64,000 nucleotides of DNA from Azolla caroliniana (Eukaryota > Plantae > Polypodiophyta). Location: NCBI GenBank assembly GCA_043228905.1, contig JBHGNT010000011.1:11842001-11906000 (forward strand), written 5' to 3'. A program made the translations under genes and the position numbers. Below are positions 24,801 to 36,862 of this stretch, piece by piece (position 1 is the first letter of the stretch; every line of letters starts with the position of its first letter). The notes beneath the pieces are model-generated. The model saw only the letters and a list, made by a program, of their open reading frames with translations. It made no database searches and was not told the DNA's origin.

Positions 24801-27678
24801 CTTCCTTCGGCAATTCCTTTGCGACATTTATCGGTCGGGGCTTGTCTGTTGTGCCGAGGTCCACCTCCTCTAGTTGGGATGCTTTTACCCTCTGGGATAT
24901 CGTCATTTCCCTCTCTAGGGATTCCTGCGCTTGTCGCAGTTCCCGGATCGCCGCTTGGTCCGGTTCATCCGGCGTCGTAATGTACGGTTCTACTGCCGCC
25001 GTGATATCCACCTCAAATAGTGGGACGATTCATGGGTGTTCCTCGAGGTACCGCTCGACTTCCTCGTCCGGTAATCCCTCCAACATGTTGATGCTTTCCG
25101 CATACAATGGAGTTGCTTCCTTACTGGCGATCACCCATGGTTGTGTCGTTACTCGTAACTTTGTTTTCCCTCGCCGGAATGTGATCATGTTCTTTTGCCA
25201 GTTCTGTTTGATATGCGTCGTTCGCAGCCATGGTCGTCCTAGCAGTAGGGGGTACGCGCCTTGTACATTCAGCTGCAGCACCACGGCTGATATCCGGAAT
25301 ACGTGGCCTCCGATCGTTACTTCCAAATCCCGGATAAGCCCGGTCGGTCGGACTGAGCTGGTATCCGCCATGCGTAACCAGAAGGGGCATGGTTCCCATT
25401 CCCGGATGCCCAGGTTATCGCATGTCTGTCGGCTGATGACATTTACCCCGGAGCCTCCGTCAATAATCGTTCCAACAATTTCCTTTCCTTTCACGATTGC
25501 CGTGATCGCCGGGCTACTTGTATCGACCACCGCTGGTCCTTCTTCTGGATTGGAGAAGAATGTCGGTGCTGGCGTCGGCTTCGGTTTGCTCACGGATGCC
25601 TGTAAGTCTGCCGTAAACCGTGGCACCAACTGTAGTAGCCGTGCTAACGGCAACACGATTTGACAGTCCTGTAGCGCTTGCCACGTCGGGTTTTCTCCTG
25701 GCTGTATGATTTCTTCGTCTTTTGGCATATTTTGGTCTCTTACTTCTACCGCATTCTGTTCATTGGCCTCCTTGATCCATTGTGCCGCTTGTTTTCTGAT
25801 TGCCTCCTGGGCTTCCCACTCGGCGGTCTTTCCCTTTGACCGGGTTGTGACCTGCTGTACTTCTGTTATTTCGGCTGTAACCATGTTGACTTCCGGCTGC
25901 TTGTCATTGGTTTTGCTTGGGCATTGGTTACTATAGTGGCCTTCCTTACGGCAGTAATAACAGTACACCTTGTGACTGTTGCTCGTTTCTCCTTTGTCCC
26001 CGATTTGGAGGGTGGGTATGCTTTGGTGGTCGTCTTCGGTTTTTCGGTTATCCGGTACCGATACCGGGTTGTCATTCCTCGCTGCCTCCCGACGTTCCTC
26101 TCTTCGGAAAAATCCACGCTTCTGATTCCGTCGGAAATTTCGGTTCCCTTGTTGCCTCTCTTCTCTGCGTCGTTCGTATTCCGGGGATTCGTCTCGGTCG
26201 TACCGGTCCCAGGGGTAGCTATCTCTGCGTTTCTCCTCTCGGTCATAGTTATTGCGTCTTCTATCAGTGTATCTGTTACCGCGTTCGCGTTGGTAGCGGT
26301 TGTCTCTCCGGAATCGATCCTCATCCGGGTTCTGATTGCGCGGTTCTATGTGTCGAACCGGTGCTGCCTGCCGATTTAACAGGTTATATTCGTATCGGTC
26401 CGTTGTATGGGCTCGAGAGTTGCAGATCATACATTGTGTCCGCAGGGTGTAGTCTACTGTTGAGTGGCCCGAATTTAGGCATGTTGTGCATTGTAAGGCT
26501 TGTCGGAACCTCAGGTCTTCCTCCTTCGGGAGTGCCCGGTGTAACATCCCCATCGACAAGAAGGGGCTAGTCTTGTCCATTTCTAAAACCCGATCAATAA
26601 CTTGGTCCATTGTGCTGGTGTGGAAATCAACGACTCCGCACATTGTTCGAAGTGGCTCTTTCAGCGCGGCCAAAAAGACTGCTTTGGCTTCGTCTTCGGG
26701 TGGTGCTCTCGTTAGTTGGCTGTGCAGGGTCTGAAACCGAATGATGAATTGTGGCACAGTCTCGTTCTCTTCCTGCCGGGTGGTGTAGAACTGCCCGACC
26801 AATTCCCTTTGCTCAACTTGTCTGTGAAAAAGCCTGAGGAATCTGGCCTTCAAGGCATCGAATGTGGCAAAGCTGCCCGGTAAGTGCTTTGCGTGCCATC
26901 GGGCCGCCGGTCCTTCTAAGGTTATGCCAAATTCGGCGACTTTGGATCGTTCGGCTTCGGGCTCCGTCAGTCTTTGGGAGACATGGTTGGCTTCCCATGT
27001 TTGGAGGAATGCGTACACGTGTGCCTCCGCGTCGGGCTCATCCCGGTACTTTGGGTATGGGTACGACATCGTGTCGTCCAACTGACTCTCCTGCTTTCTC
27101 CGCTCTCTGTCCGCTATTGGCGTTGGTGTGAGAACCTTTGGTTCCTCCGCGGGTGTTGCCGGTGTCCGCTCCTTCGGTTCCTTCGCGGTTGTTGTCGGTA
27201 TCCGCTCCGTCGGTTCCTTCGCGGGTGTTGTCGGTATCCGGTCAGCCTCCCTCGGCGATTGCCGGTCACCGAATTCCAAGGTTATTTCTTCCTCTGGCTC
27301 CGGTGTTACTGAGTCTTCCGACCCCTCTTCCCCCCGGTCGTTTGGTGTGTCGTGGCTGCTTTTATACCGGGACGCAACGCTTCCGTCGCTTTCCGACTCC
27401 GCCTCAAGTGTTGCGAATGCTTCCGAGTCCCCGTCGCCCCCGGCGAGCGTCTGTAGTATTGTTTCCGCCTCTTGCAGGCTTGTTATGCTACTGCCTTCGT
27501 CGGGGATTTGCAGAACCCAGAACTGCAGTGCTTCTTCTGCGACTCTCCGAAGAGTTTTGGAGAATGACCGATCCCGCCGGATCTCGTCGACGGCTTGCTG
27601 CAGGGCTTCCCGTCGTTGCTCGCGTTCGGTGTATCGTCTCCCTCGTTCGGTGATGTGGTCGTCGTTTGGTCTAGACAT
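21872..27678 (-). pseudogene. gypsy-2 gag-PR-RT-RH-INT polyprotein (2 stops, 1 frameshift)
   Basis: ORFs 25030-27762 (retrotransposon gag, CYYCRKEGHYSNQC, IIDGGSG), 24562-25011, 22858-24549 (FLDD, VDAS) and 21872-23011 (WGLDFVGP). Confidence 0.93.
27140..27245. repeat. 3 x 36-bp in-frame tandem repeat in the gypsy-2 gag N-terminus
   Basis: Encodes RIPTTPAKEPTE / RIPTTTAKEPKE / RTPATPAEEPK. Confidence 0.8.
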
Positions 27679-27712
27679 CCATCCCCCGGTTGTCCTTTGC
27701 ACTTTGCAGGAA

Positions 27713-27724
27713 TCGTGGTCGCCA
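27713..27724 (-). other. PBS of gypsy-2, likely tRNA-Arg(UCG)
   Basis: TGGCGACCACGA, 6 nt after the LTR end, resembles the complement of the tRNA-Arg(UCG) 3' end (..GUGGUCGCCA). Confidence 0.65.
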
Positions 27725-27730
27725 AAATAG

Positions 27731-28120
27731 TGTTGTCTGCCTGGCCGGACTAACCTCAACACAGGTGTCTATCCGACACTTCTCCAAAGGGGTGGTAAGG
27801 ATTGGATGCTAGGTTACACGCGTAAGATGATTACAATTAAGCACAGACGGTAAACAATACGAAGATACAGATAAACACGCAATAATTACTTTTGTATTAC
27901 TTCCGTCCCACCCTTTACAATTCATCGGATCCTTTTATAGGCATCCGGCAAGGTTACAATCGGTGCGCTTAGGCAACGGACATTCGAATCGGTCCGGATC
28001 CGGATCGGTACAACTGTACCGGATCCGTCCCTCCGAATAATAATTCTACTATTATTTACTTTCTATTATCCGATCCGACTCCGCCTTCCCACTTGTCCTT
28101 GCTCTTCTGACCGGCCAACA
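27731..28120 (-). repeat. 5' LTR of gypsy-2 (390 bp)
   Basis: TGTTGG...ACAACA termini; matches 11959-12340. Confidence 0.94.
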
Positions 28121-28411
28121 CTTTTGGCCATACCAAGCTTCATATGGAGTGATAGAGTGCAGTGCTTTAATGGGACACCTGTTAAGTACATATGTTGCAC
28201 ACATGACAACCTCAAGCCATAAACTATGTGGTAAGGCCTGACTTTTGACCATACACCTCGCCATTTCCATGAGTGACCTGTTCTTTCTTTCAGCAACTCC
28301 TTCTTGCATTAAACTCAGAAGGCATATACTCCCCCCTCGATCAGAACGGAGGGTGCCCATTTTACATGATGACAAATTCTTAGCCAAAGCTAGAAATTGT
28401 TTGAAGCACAG
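28121..28411. repeat. 291-bp direct repeat (copy 2)
   Basis: Matches 11669-11959. Confidence 0.93.
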
Positions 28412-29015
28412 AAACACTTCGGACTTTGCCTTCAATGGATATACCCATGCATGCCTAGAAAAGTCATCAATGAAAGTCACAAAATAAAGATAGTTCCCAA
28501 GAGAATGTGACTGCATAGGACCACAGACATCGCTATGAACAAGTTGCAATTTTTGCGTAGCTTGAATTGAACCATCATTTGGAAAGGATGAACGGTGCAT
28601 TTTGCCCAAAATGCAGCCTTCACAAACATGCTTCCGAGGTGCCTCATGTTTGGGCAAGGAGGACACCATTTCAGATTTCTGCAAGCGAAGCAAACTTGCA
28701 AAATTCAGATGACCAAAGCGTGCATGCCAAATCTTTGCATCTGAAATAGCTTGAGAATCCTGTATTCCACAGGCTGAATCATTTATAGATCTTTCATAAT
28801 CTATGAGCTTATACAGCCCACGACATAAAATGCCAGAAGCAATGATAACATTCCCATTGGACAGATCATGAACTGTACACCTGTCATCAACAAATTTAAC
28901 AACCAAGCCAACCTTGGCTAATGCTGAAACTGACAACAGATTTTTCTTGATCCCTAGCACAAACAAAGCATCTGACAAAGATGAAAGGACTACCATCAGC
29001 AGTAGTCAAAATGAT
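28121..29015 (-). pseudogene. copia-A PR end, GAG-pre-integrase and integrase core
   Basis: WHARFGH, CEGCILGKMHR, LVHSDVCGP, FIDDFSR, LRSDRGG. Confidence 0.92.
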
Positions 29016-29530
29016 CTTACTGTTGAGAGACAAGCTCAACATCGGTCAGATCGGCTGAGCAAGCCGAGGACCGGATCGGTTAGGCCAGATCGGTTGGAAA
29101 TTGGTACGTAGACTGGTGCGTAGGAAGGCCGGATCGGTGCGGAAACCGGGAGGCCATCGGAAAGATATTCCGCAAGGAATATATTTGGGAGTTAGTGTAG
29201 GGGCTCCTCAATGAGTATTGAAGTACTGTCAGTACTTCTATCAGTCCGAAAAGGACTTGTATAAAAGTTTTCATTGAACACACACGATATACAGATCGAG
29301 TATTATTTTTGAATTAAGTTCTTGTGTTTACTCTCTTTTTCTCTCCCGTGCGTACTATGCAAACCTAAGCTTTCCATTAAACCTACGTTTTCTGTTTTTC
29401 GAGTTCCTATATTGCTTTCGCACGCCATTCTTTTCATGGTATTAGAGTGTGAGGGTTGAGAACCTCTGCAGTCGACTTTGCTTGAAGGAAAAACCAACGA
29501 AGAAGAATAAGAAAACCGATGGACAGATGA

Positions 29531-32500
29531 ATGGCTGGCTCACTTCCGACGGAGAAGCTCGACAGAACCAACTACGCATCTTGGTCCTACAAGATGCACC
29601 AGTACCTGCTCGGACATGGTTACTGGAGCTATGTCAATGGAGCAAATGACACAGCACCTGATTCGACACACAAAGACTTCCCGACGTGGGAACAATCGGC
29701 GAGCAGAGTGTTGTACTATTTCGCGTCTTGTGTGGGCGAACAGCTATTAAGCTACGTTCGGGATGCAAAAACGCCGAAGGGTGCGTGGGAAAATCTGCAG
29801 AAGATCTTCGCCGCAAGCACCACAGCTAGGAAGCTTCAGCTCCGACAGGAGTTGAGCAACCTACGACAACGCGATTTGTCGGTGGCTGACTATACCTCGA
29901 AGATCAAGGACATATGCGACTCCTTCGCTTCCATCAATGTGAACATCGAGGAAAGCGAGATGGTCCAGGTTTGTCTCGGGGGTTTGGCGTGAAAGTTCGG
30001 AGCATTCCGAACTATTGTGTGTACACGGGAGAATATGTCGTCGTTTTTCAACTTATAGTCGATGCTCCTTATAGAGGAGAACCACGCGGGTGCGTCGACA
30101 AGCACGCATGCCGACAGCAAGATGTTCTACACAGAGGGAGAGAGGCCCCGTGGTCGTGGCGTACGAGGCGAGTCGGTACTCAATGGAGGTGGCCGACGGG
30201 ATCAAGGAAGAAGGCACCGAAGTGATGCCGACTACAATTCCGGACCCTCCGGAAACAGGGGGAGTCGAGGCGACGAGAACCGGCAAGGGAAATCCGCCGC
30301 GAAATGCTGGTACTGTGGCAAGAAAAGCCACAGGGAGAGCGAGTGTTGGAAAAAGCGTGCCGATTTGGAGATGTGAACGATTACTTGCGAAAGCATTAGA
30401 AAACAGAGAAAGTAGGGAATACAAGGAGTACACGGGAGAGACAAAGAGAGCAGAACGTAAGAGCTATATTCAAAACGATATAATCACTCTGTTACATACA
30501 ACTGGGCTTAGTAGTACTATTTATACAAGTCCTCATGGGACTGACAGAAGTACCGCATACTTCAATGCTCACACGAGCTTCTGACACTTACTACGAGACT
30601 ATAATTGCCTAGTAGTCTAAACTAATACTAGGCTTCCGGTTACCGATTGGATCCGGGTAACCGGCTCCCCAGCTCACCGGCTTTGTTGCTTGCCGGCTCG
30701 GTTGCTCACGGCTTACCAATCCGTCTCACTTGCCGGCTCAGTCTTATTCAGCCGATCCGGCTCCAGTTGAGCTTGCTGCTCAACACGAGAGAACCGGCTC
30801 CGGAACAGGTTCCGGACAGACCGACAAAGGAAATTGGCAACGATTGCACTATGCCGAAGGATCCGAAGAAGCCGAAAAAGGGTCAGTCTTCGTGACGAGA
30901 CACAAAGTAAACTCAATGAAGAAGATCACCCCGAAGTCGGAGGAGGTGTGGTACATCGACTCCGGCGCGTCAAACCACATGACGTGCCACGAGGAGTGGT
31001 TCTCATACCTTGAGAAACCGACGCAACAAGGAGTAGTCGCAACCGGAGACGACACTTTGCATCCGATCGCGAATGTCGATGAAGTTCCCCTGAGCCATGT
31101 CGGGCAGAAAGGGAAACCCATGAACATGTTACACGTCCCGACAATCACAAAGAACTTGGTGTCAGTCGGGCAGATCGTCGACCAAGGGATGCCGGTTCGG
31201 TTTACGCATCTCGGGTGCTTCATCGAGGAAGAAGGCCGAGTTATTGCGCAAGGGCGCAGAGACAGGAGGATGTTTATCTTCGACTCTAGTGACGGTGGCA
31301 CCGCAATGTTCGCGAAAGGACAAAAAGTCGAGTCGGACATCGACTTATGGCACAAGCGGATAGGCCATGTCAACTATCAACGGCTTTAGGACCTGCAATC
31401 GAAACAGGTGGTGTTTGGATTGCCCAAATTTTGTGGCCGGAAGGCACAAATTTGTGAAGCCTGCCAGCTTGGGAAGCAACACCAACTTCCCTTCCCCAAA
31501 CGAGTGTAACCGGAGCTGGAACAAGCTCAACTTGATACACTCTGATGTGTGGGGGCCGGCACAAAACGTTAGTCTTGGCAGGAGCCGATATTTCGTCTCC
31601 TTCATCGACGACTACACGCGGCACACGTGGATCTACCTCATTGAGAGGAAGAGCGAAGTCTTCGACTGTTTTCGGGACCTCAAAGGGTTCATGGAAACGG
31701 AAACAGGAAGGATGATCAAGTGCCTGCGGTCGGATGGCGGAAAATAATACTTTTCCGGTCAATTCAACAGTTATCTACAACAGATGGGAATTCCGCGCGA
31801 ATTCAGTTGTAGATACACGCTGGAAGCGGCGCGGGCAATGCTAGAAGAAAAGAGCTTGCCCAAGTTCTATTGGACCGAGGCGGTACGAACCGCGGTATAC
31901 ATCCAGAACCGGATCAGAGACAAAGTGTTAGCGCATGAGCTATATTTCGGAATGAAGCCGAAGTTGCGACACTTACGAGTTTTCGGTAGCATTGCGTATG
32001 TGCATGTGCCGAAGGAGAAACGGAGGAAGCTGGACGCAAAGGCCGAGAAATGTATCTTGGTCGGTTACTCGGACGAGCAGAAGGGTTATAAGTGTTATAA
32101 CCCGCACACCAAACAAGCGCACGTGAGCCGCGACATTGTGTTTGACGAGTCCGCGTCCTGGTACTTGCCTCCGACTCCAGACCTCACCTCCAATCTGAGT
32201 TCTGATGATGAGGTCAGCGAGGCCGAGATGCCTCTGGATGAGCCTGAAATCGGGACCCGCAAAGAGAGTCTGATTTCGTTTCGGTTAAGTGGACCGAATG
32301 GACGACTGAGTCGGTTCGACCAGTCCGAAGAAGAGTCGGCGAGTAGTGGAGACTCAACCGTGCATTCCCCGCGCAAGAAGCCGAGGAGACGGCTTATGCG
32401 CAAAGAAAAAGGGAAGAAGAAGGTGTCGGATTACGGGACGGATAGGAACGAGTCGGATCGACGCGAGTCCGACTCCGAGGGAAGTGACAACAGGTCTTCG

Positions 32501-34722
32501 CAACCGAAGTCCGCGTCGGCCAAGAAAGCCTCAGCATCAGCTAATGAGCAATTACGCCGATCAACCCGCCAAAAGAACCCTGTTGTGTGGTTTGGTTATA
32601 ATGAGTACATGGTGCACCATTACGCGTACATGACGCGAGTGGCGGAAGTGCGTGAGCCGGAGAGCTACGCAGAAGCGGCGAAGGACGTGAATTGGCGCAC
32701 CACAATGGAGGAGGAGATGCGCGCATTAGCAGAAAATGAAACCTAGGACCTGGTTGACGCACCGAAGGGTGTGAAGCCGATCGGATGTAGGTGGGTGTAC
32801 AAGGTCAAGTACAACATCGACGGCTCGATCAACCGATACAAGGCCTGGTTAGTGGCAAAAGGTTACGCGCAGAAACACAACATCAACTACAATGAGACAT
32901 TTGCGCCGGTTGCGAAGATGACGATCATCCGTGTTTTGCTTGCGGTAATTGCGGCAAAGGGGTGGCACTTACATCAGATGGATGTAAAGAATACGTTCCT
33001 GCAAGGTGAGCTTGAGGAACATGTGTACATGGTACAGCCCCCCTGATTTCACTCCGGAACGAACACTTCGGTAGTGTGTCGATTGAAGAAGTCCCTTTAC
33101 GGACTGAAGCAAGCCCCGTGTGCTTGGAACGCGAAGATCACGCAGCAACTGCATCGGATGGGCTTTGCAACATCAAAATCGGACTCTTCCCTATTCATCC
33201 GGAAAGGTCGACGTGGTCCGGTCAACATTTTACTATATGTTGATGACTTGGTCATCACCGACACCGACCTAGGTGAAATCGACCGCGTGAAGCTCCAACT
33301 TGCGGCATCATTCGACATGAAGGATCTAAGGGACCTTCATACTTCCTCGGGATCGAAGTGATCCGCAACCCCGAAGGCATATTGATCAGCCAACGTCATT
33401 ACGCGCTGAATATGCTCGTCAAATTGGGGATGGCAGACTGTAAGTCTGTCTCGACTCCTTTGGATAGAACTGTCAAACTTCGCCCCAATTCCGGAAAGGT
33501 ATGCGACTCGACGAGGTTCCGACAAACTGTCGGAAGCCTTATCTACTTGACAACCACCCGACCCGAACTTAGTTATCCGGTCGGGGTGATCAGTCAGTTC
33601 ATGGCGCGACCTACCGAGGACCACCTTCAGTGTGCGCAACAGGTATTGCGGTACGTAAGCGGCACTAAGGACCGGGGACTGCTATATCGGACCGGTACAG
33701 CCTCGCAATTGGTCGGCTACACCGATGCAAATTGGGCTAGCAATGCCGCCGATCGCCGATCCACGTCCAGATACGCGTTCTCTCCTTGGAGTGCTGCGAT
33801 AGCGTGGAGCAGTAAGAAGCAGCCGACAGTTCCACTGTCAAGCACCAAAGCTGAGTATAGAGGAGCAGTTGTCGCAACATGCGAAGCCATATGGTTGAAG
33901 CGGCTACTTAAGGATCTGCAGGTGGAGGTGTTCGATCCAACGACTATCTACTGCGACAACCTCAACAGCATCCAGCTCACCAAGAACCTCGTTTTCCACG
34001 CCCGGACTAAGCACATTGAGGTGCACTACCATTTTGTTTGTGAGTGTGTTCTCTTTGGTGAAGTCGAACTTCAGTATGTTCCGACGGATCGGCAGACCGC
34101 CGACATCTTCACCAAGCCTCTTGGACTGGACAAGTTGCGGCAATTCTCGGGTGCACTTGGGTTGCGTCACCTCGATGTGCCGGACTTGTGGGGGAGAGAT
34201 GTCTCGAATGACCACGGAAGGGGGAGAGAAGACCGCGACGCCAAGTCGGATGACGAATTCGATTTCGGATTGGCTGAAGAAGCCGAGGGCGGACCCGCGG
34301 AAGATTCCTGAAGCGGACATAAGGGGAGCAACCGAAAGGAAGAGCCGAAGTCAACCAAGCATGGGGGAGATGATGTCGTCAAGGGAGAGAATACCGAAGA
34401 CGAGTTGGAGATAGCCAACTCGGACAAGAGCGAAAACCGATCGGAGGTAGCCGAGCCGGTTCGGATGTTTGAATCGGATACATTGAATCAACTAAGGGCC
34501 AAGTGGAAAAGAAGGCAGGAGGAGAAGCGCCAACACTGCGACAACGAGGGAGCTGTGAAGGGCCGTGGGAGTAGACAAGCTGACCGGAAGGGTCGAAGCG
34601 TGCGGAGTCGAATAGGTCGAGGAGCGCGAGGGAGGCGTGGAGCCAGGAGGAATCGAAGCGGTGATCCGGAAGATCTGGAAGATCCGGAAGAGCCTCAAGT
34701 TGGGCTTGAGGGGGAGTGTTGA
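29531..34722 (+). pseudogene. copia-B gag-pol with C-terminal extension
   Basis: Colinear ORF fragments with several stops and frameshifts; interrupted by a solo LTR. Confidence 0.9.
30372..30785 (-). mobile_element. Solo LTR (related copia family) in antisense orientation inside copia-B gag
   Basis: TG...CA termini; minus-strand start TGTTGAGCAGCAAGCTCAAC resembles the copia-B LTR start. Flanks GGAGA/CGAGA (1 mismatch). Host coding sequence resumes after it. Confidence 0.8.
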
Positions 34723-35179
34723 GAGACAAGCTCAACATCAGCCGTATCGGCTGAGCAAGCCGAGGACCGGATCGGTTGGGACCGATCGGTTAGGCTGGAT
34801 CGGTTGGAAACCGATACGCAGACCGGTGCGTAGGAAGGCCGGATCGGTGCGAAAACCGGGAGGCCATCGGAAAGATATTCCGCAAGGAATATATTTGGGA
34901 GTTAGTGTAGGGGCTCCTCAATGAGCATTGAACTACTGTCAGTACTTTTGTCAGTCCAAAAAGGACTTGTATAAAAGTGTTCATTGAACACACACGATGT
35001 ATAGATCGAATATTATTTTTGAATTAAGTTCTTGTGTTTACTCTCTCTCTGTCTCTCCCGTGCATACTATGCAAACCTAAGCTTTCCATTAAACCTTCTT
35101 TTTCTGTTGTTCGGGTTCCTATATTGTTTCTGCATGCCATTCTTTTCACTTACCAACACCCATAACTAGATAAGATGAG

Positions 35180-36324
35180 TTGTTGGCGCATGTGACAGTA
35201 TTCCCTATAGGGGCAGGCTCCAATGAAGTGAAGAAATTGCACTGCGAGGTAATATGTTTGGTTGCCCCACTGTCGAAGTACCAAACATCTGATTGTACAA
35301 CAAACATGCATTGTTCAAGTGAAGATGGGTCAAAACTGCAAACAGTAGTAAATGCCCATTCTTCATTCTACACAAGATTTGTAGACTCTGTTTTTGGTGT
35401 AGAGACTTCTGCAACGAGTCCTGCCTCTTTTTTCTTTGCCTCTTTTGCAACCAATTTTGGACAGTTCTTTATAATATGTTCAATTCCTTTACAATATTTG
35501 CTAAATAGTTTTTGTTTTTGCTCTTGTTTTTTTTCATTCACTTGTGAATTATTAGCAAATCTTTGCTTGCTAGCAGAAGAGTTTCATTTACCTTTGCCCT
35601 TCTGACTAGCTAGGAAAGCTTGATCTGCAACACGCATAATAGACCTGTTTTGCCTAGATTGATCTTCATGTAACAAAACAGAGACTATCTCCTCGAATGA
35701 TAAGGCATTGGGATTGCCTTTCATCATTAAACGAAGAGTAGAAGCAAAACTCTGATATGAATCAGGAAGACCATTTAGAATGGTCTGCACAAGTGAACTA
35801 TCTGATATCATTTCATCAGCAGAAATTAATTGTTCCTTCAAATCTTTGATTTTTGTAAGAAAACTGTCCATAGAATCACCTTCATTCATGTGCTCGCTCT
35901 CCAATTGTTTTCGAAGATAATCGACACGAGCCTCATTTCTCGCTTGGTACAAAGTGGTAAGAGTATCCCAAGCATCCTTTACTGTCTTACAAGAGCGAAT
36001 ATGGGGAATAATGGCATGTTTCACAGACAAAGCTATCAAAGCATGTGCTTGAGCATCTCTGCCATCCCAACGAAGTTGCTCTGTAGTTGGTACAATAGAA
36101 ACTGTAGCATGGGCATGAGCAGGATGATCAACATCCTCAATAGAATCAGTACCATCAGCATTAGTGTTCTCAACAACAAGACGTTTTTCAGCCCCTTGAA
36201 CCACATTCCACAACCCCTTTGCTACCAATACATGACGCATCATATAAGCCCAAAGAGGGTAATTTGTTCCAACCAGTTTATCCTCAACAACAAGCATTCG
36301 AAATACATCATTCTTCTCAGCCAT
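35180..36324 (-). pseudogene. copia-A gag, Zn knuckle and protease
   Basis: LVGTNYPLW, ILNGLPDSYQSF, YCKGIDHIIKNC, WYFDSGATKHIT. Confidence 0.9.
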
Positions 36325-36657
36325 GGTCGTGGACTGAACACGTTTTGATGTAAAAAATGGACTGCTGAAGGGAATAACGTACCTCTTTGACTTGAAAGAT
36401 GAACAAGTGAAGAGAAAAGCGAAGCAAATCTGATTTCTGAGGGTTATAGGAATGTCTTGGAAGACTCAAGGAGGCTTTTTCTAGGATTGAATCGACTTGG
36501 AAGCAGAAAAAAAACACAACTGAAACTGCATAGAGAAAGAAAACACGCTGAAATTTGTTTTTTCAACAGTAGAAAAACATCACCACAGATGGCACAGACG
36601 GACTGTGTATGAGAGTCGTGTTGCTACTCAAATGTGGCTTTGTAGCTCTGATACCAC

Positions 36658-36862
36658 TGTTGGGTTCTTGCTTTGAATCCCACAAAGCTTACTTCACTTT
36701 AGGGTTACAAGAGTATTTTTAGACAGGGGGAAAAAACCTCCTAAAGAGGGAAAAAACGCCCCTATAGTCCTAAGTATGTTCACACACATCACTGTCCTAA
36801 GTGTGTTCACACATTATTGTCCTAAATGTGTTCACACACATCACTACCAAAATACGTCAACA
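36658..36862 (-). repeat. 5' LTR of copia-A (205 bp, with 3 x ~27-bp internal repeats)
   Basis: TGTTGAC...CCAACA, followed by the iMet PBS; GTCCTAAGT.TGTTCACAC repeats at 36767-36845. Confidence 0.88.

Larger units (their letters stand above)
11959..28120 (-). mobile_element. Ty3/gypsy non-chromovirus LTR retrotransposon, near full length (gypsy-2); contains gypsy-3
   Basis: 5' LTR 27731-28120 and 3' LTR 11959-12340 (about 8 differences). PBS at 27713-27724, gag-PR-RT-RH-INT at 27678-21872, extra ORF 21431-19308 continuing 13185 to ~12400. Confidence 0.95.
29021..35148 (+). mobile_element. Ty1/copia element (copia-B), full length, degenerate, inserted in copia-A
   Basis: LTRs at 29021-29436 and 34717-35148, TSD CTTAC (29016-29020 and 35149-35153), PBS TGGTATTAGAG, PPT GAGGGGGAG. 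gag from 29531, PR (WYIDSGAS), INT, RT (YVDD), RH. Confidence 0.95.
9524..36862 (-). mobile_element. Ty1/copia element (copia-A), degenerate; host of gypsy-2 and copia-B
   Basis: 5' LTR 36658-36862 and iMet PBS TGGTATCAGAGC. gag 36324-35584, Zn knuckle and PR (WYFDSGA) near 35205-35490, pre-INT/INT 28996-28121 and 11959-10900, RT-RH 10892-9653 (YVDD, SDSDWAG). PPT AAGGGGGATT, then a 3' LTR remnant at 9524-9551. Confidence 0.92.

Noticed and set aside
14000-27730. Long plus-strand ORFs (e.g. 24734-25663, 16749-17525, 20521-21255)
   Set aside because: Antisense shadows of GC-rich retroelement coding sequence with no independent motifs.
31790-31830. Copia-A and copia-B both have deletions near the integrase TPQQNG motif
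   Set aside because: The breakpoints differ; most simply independent decay.
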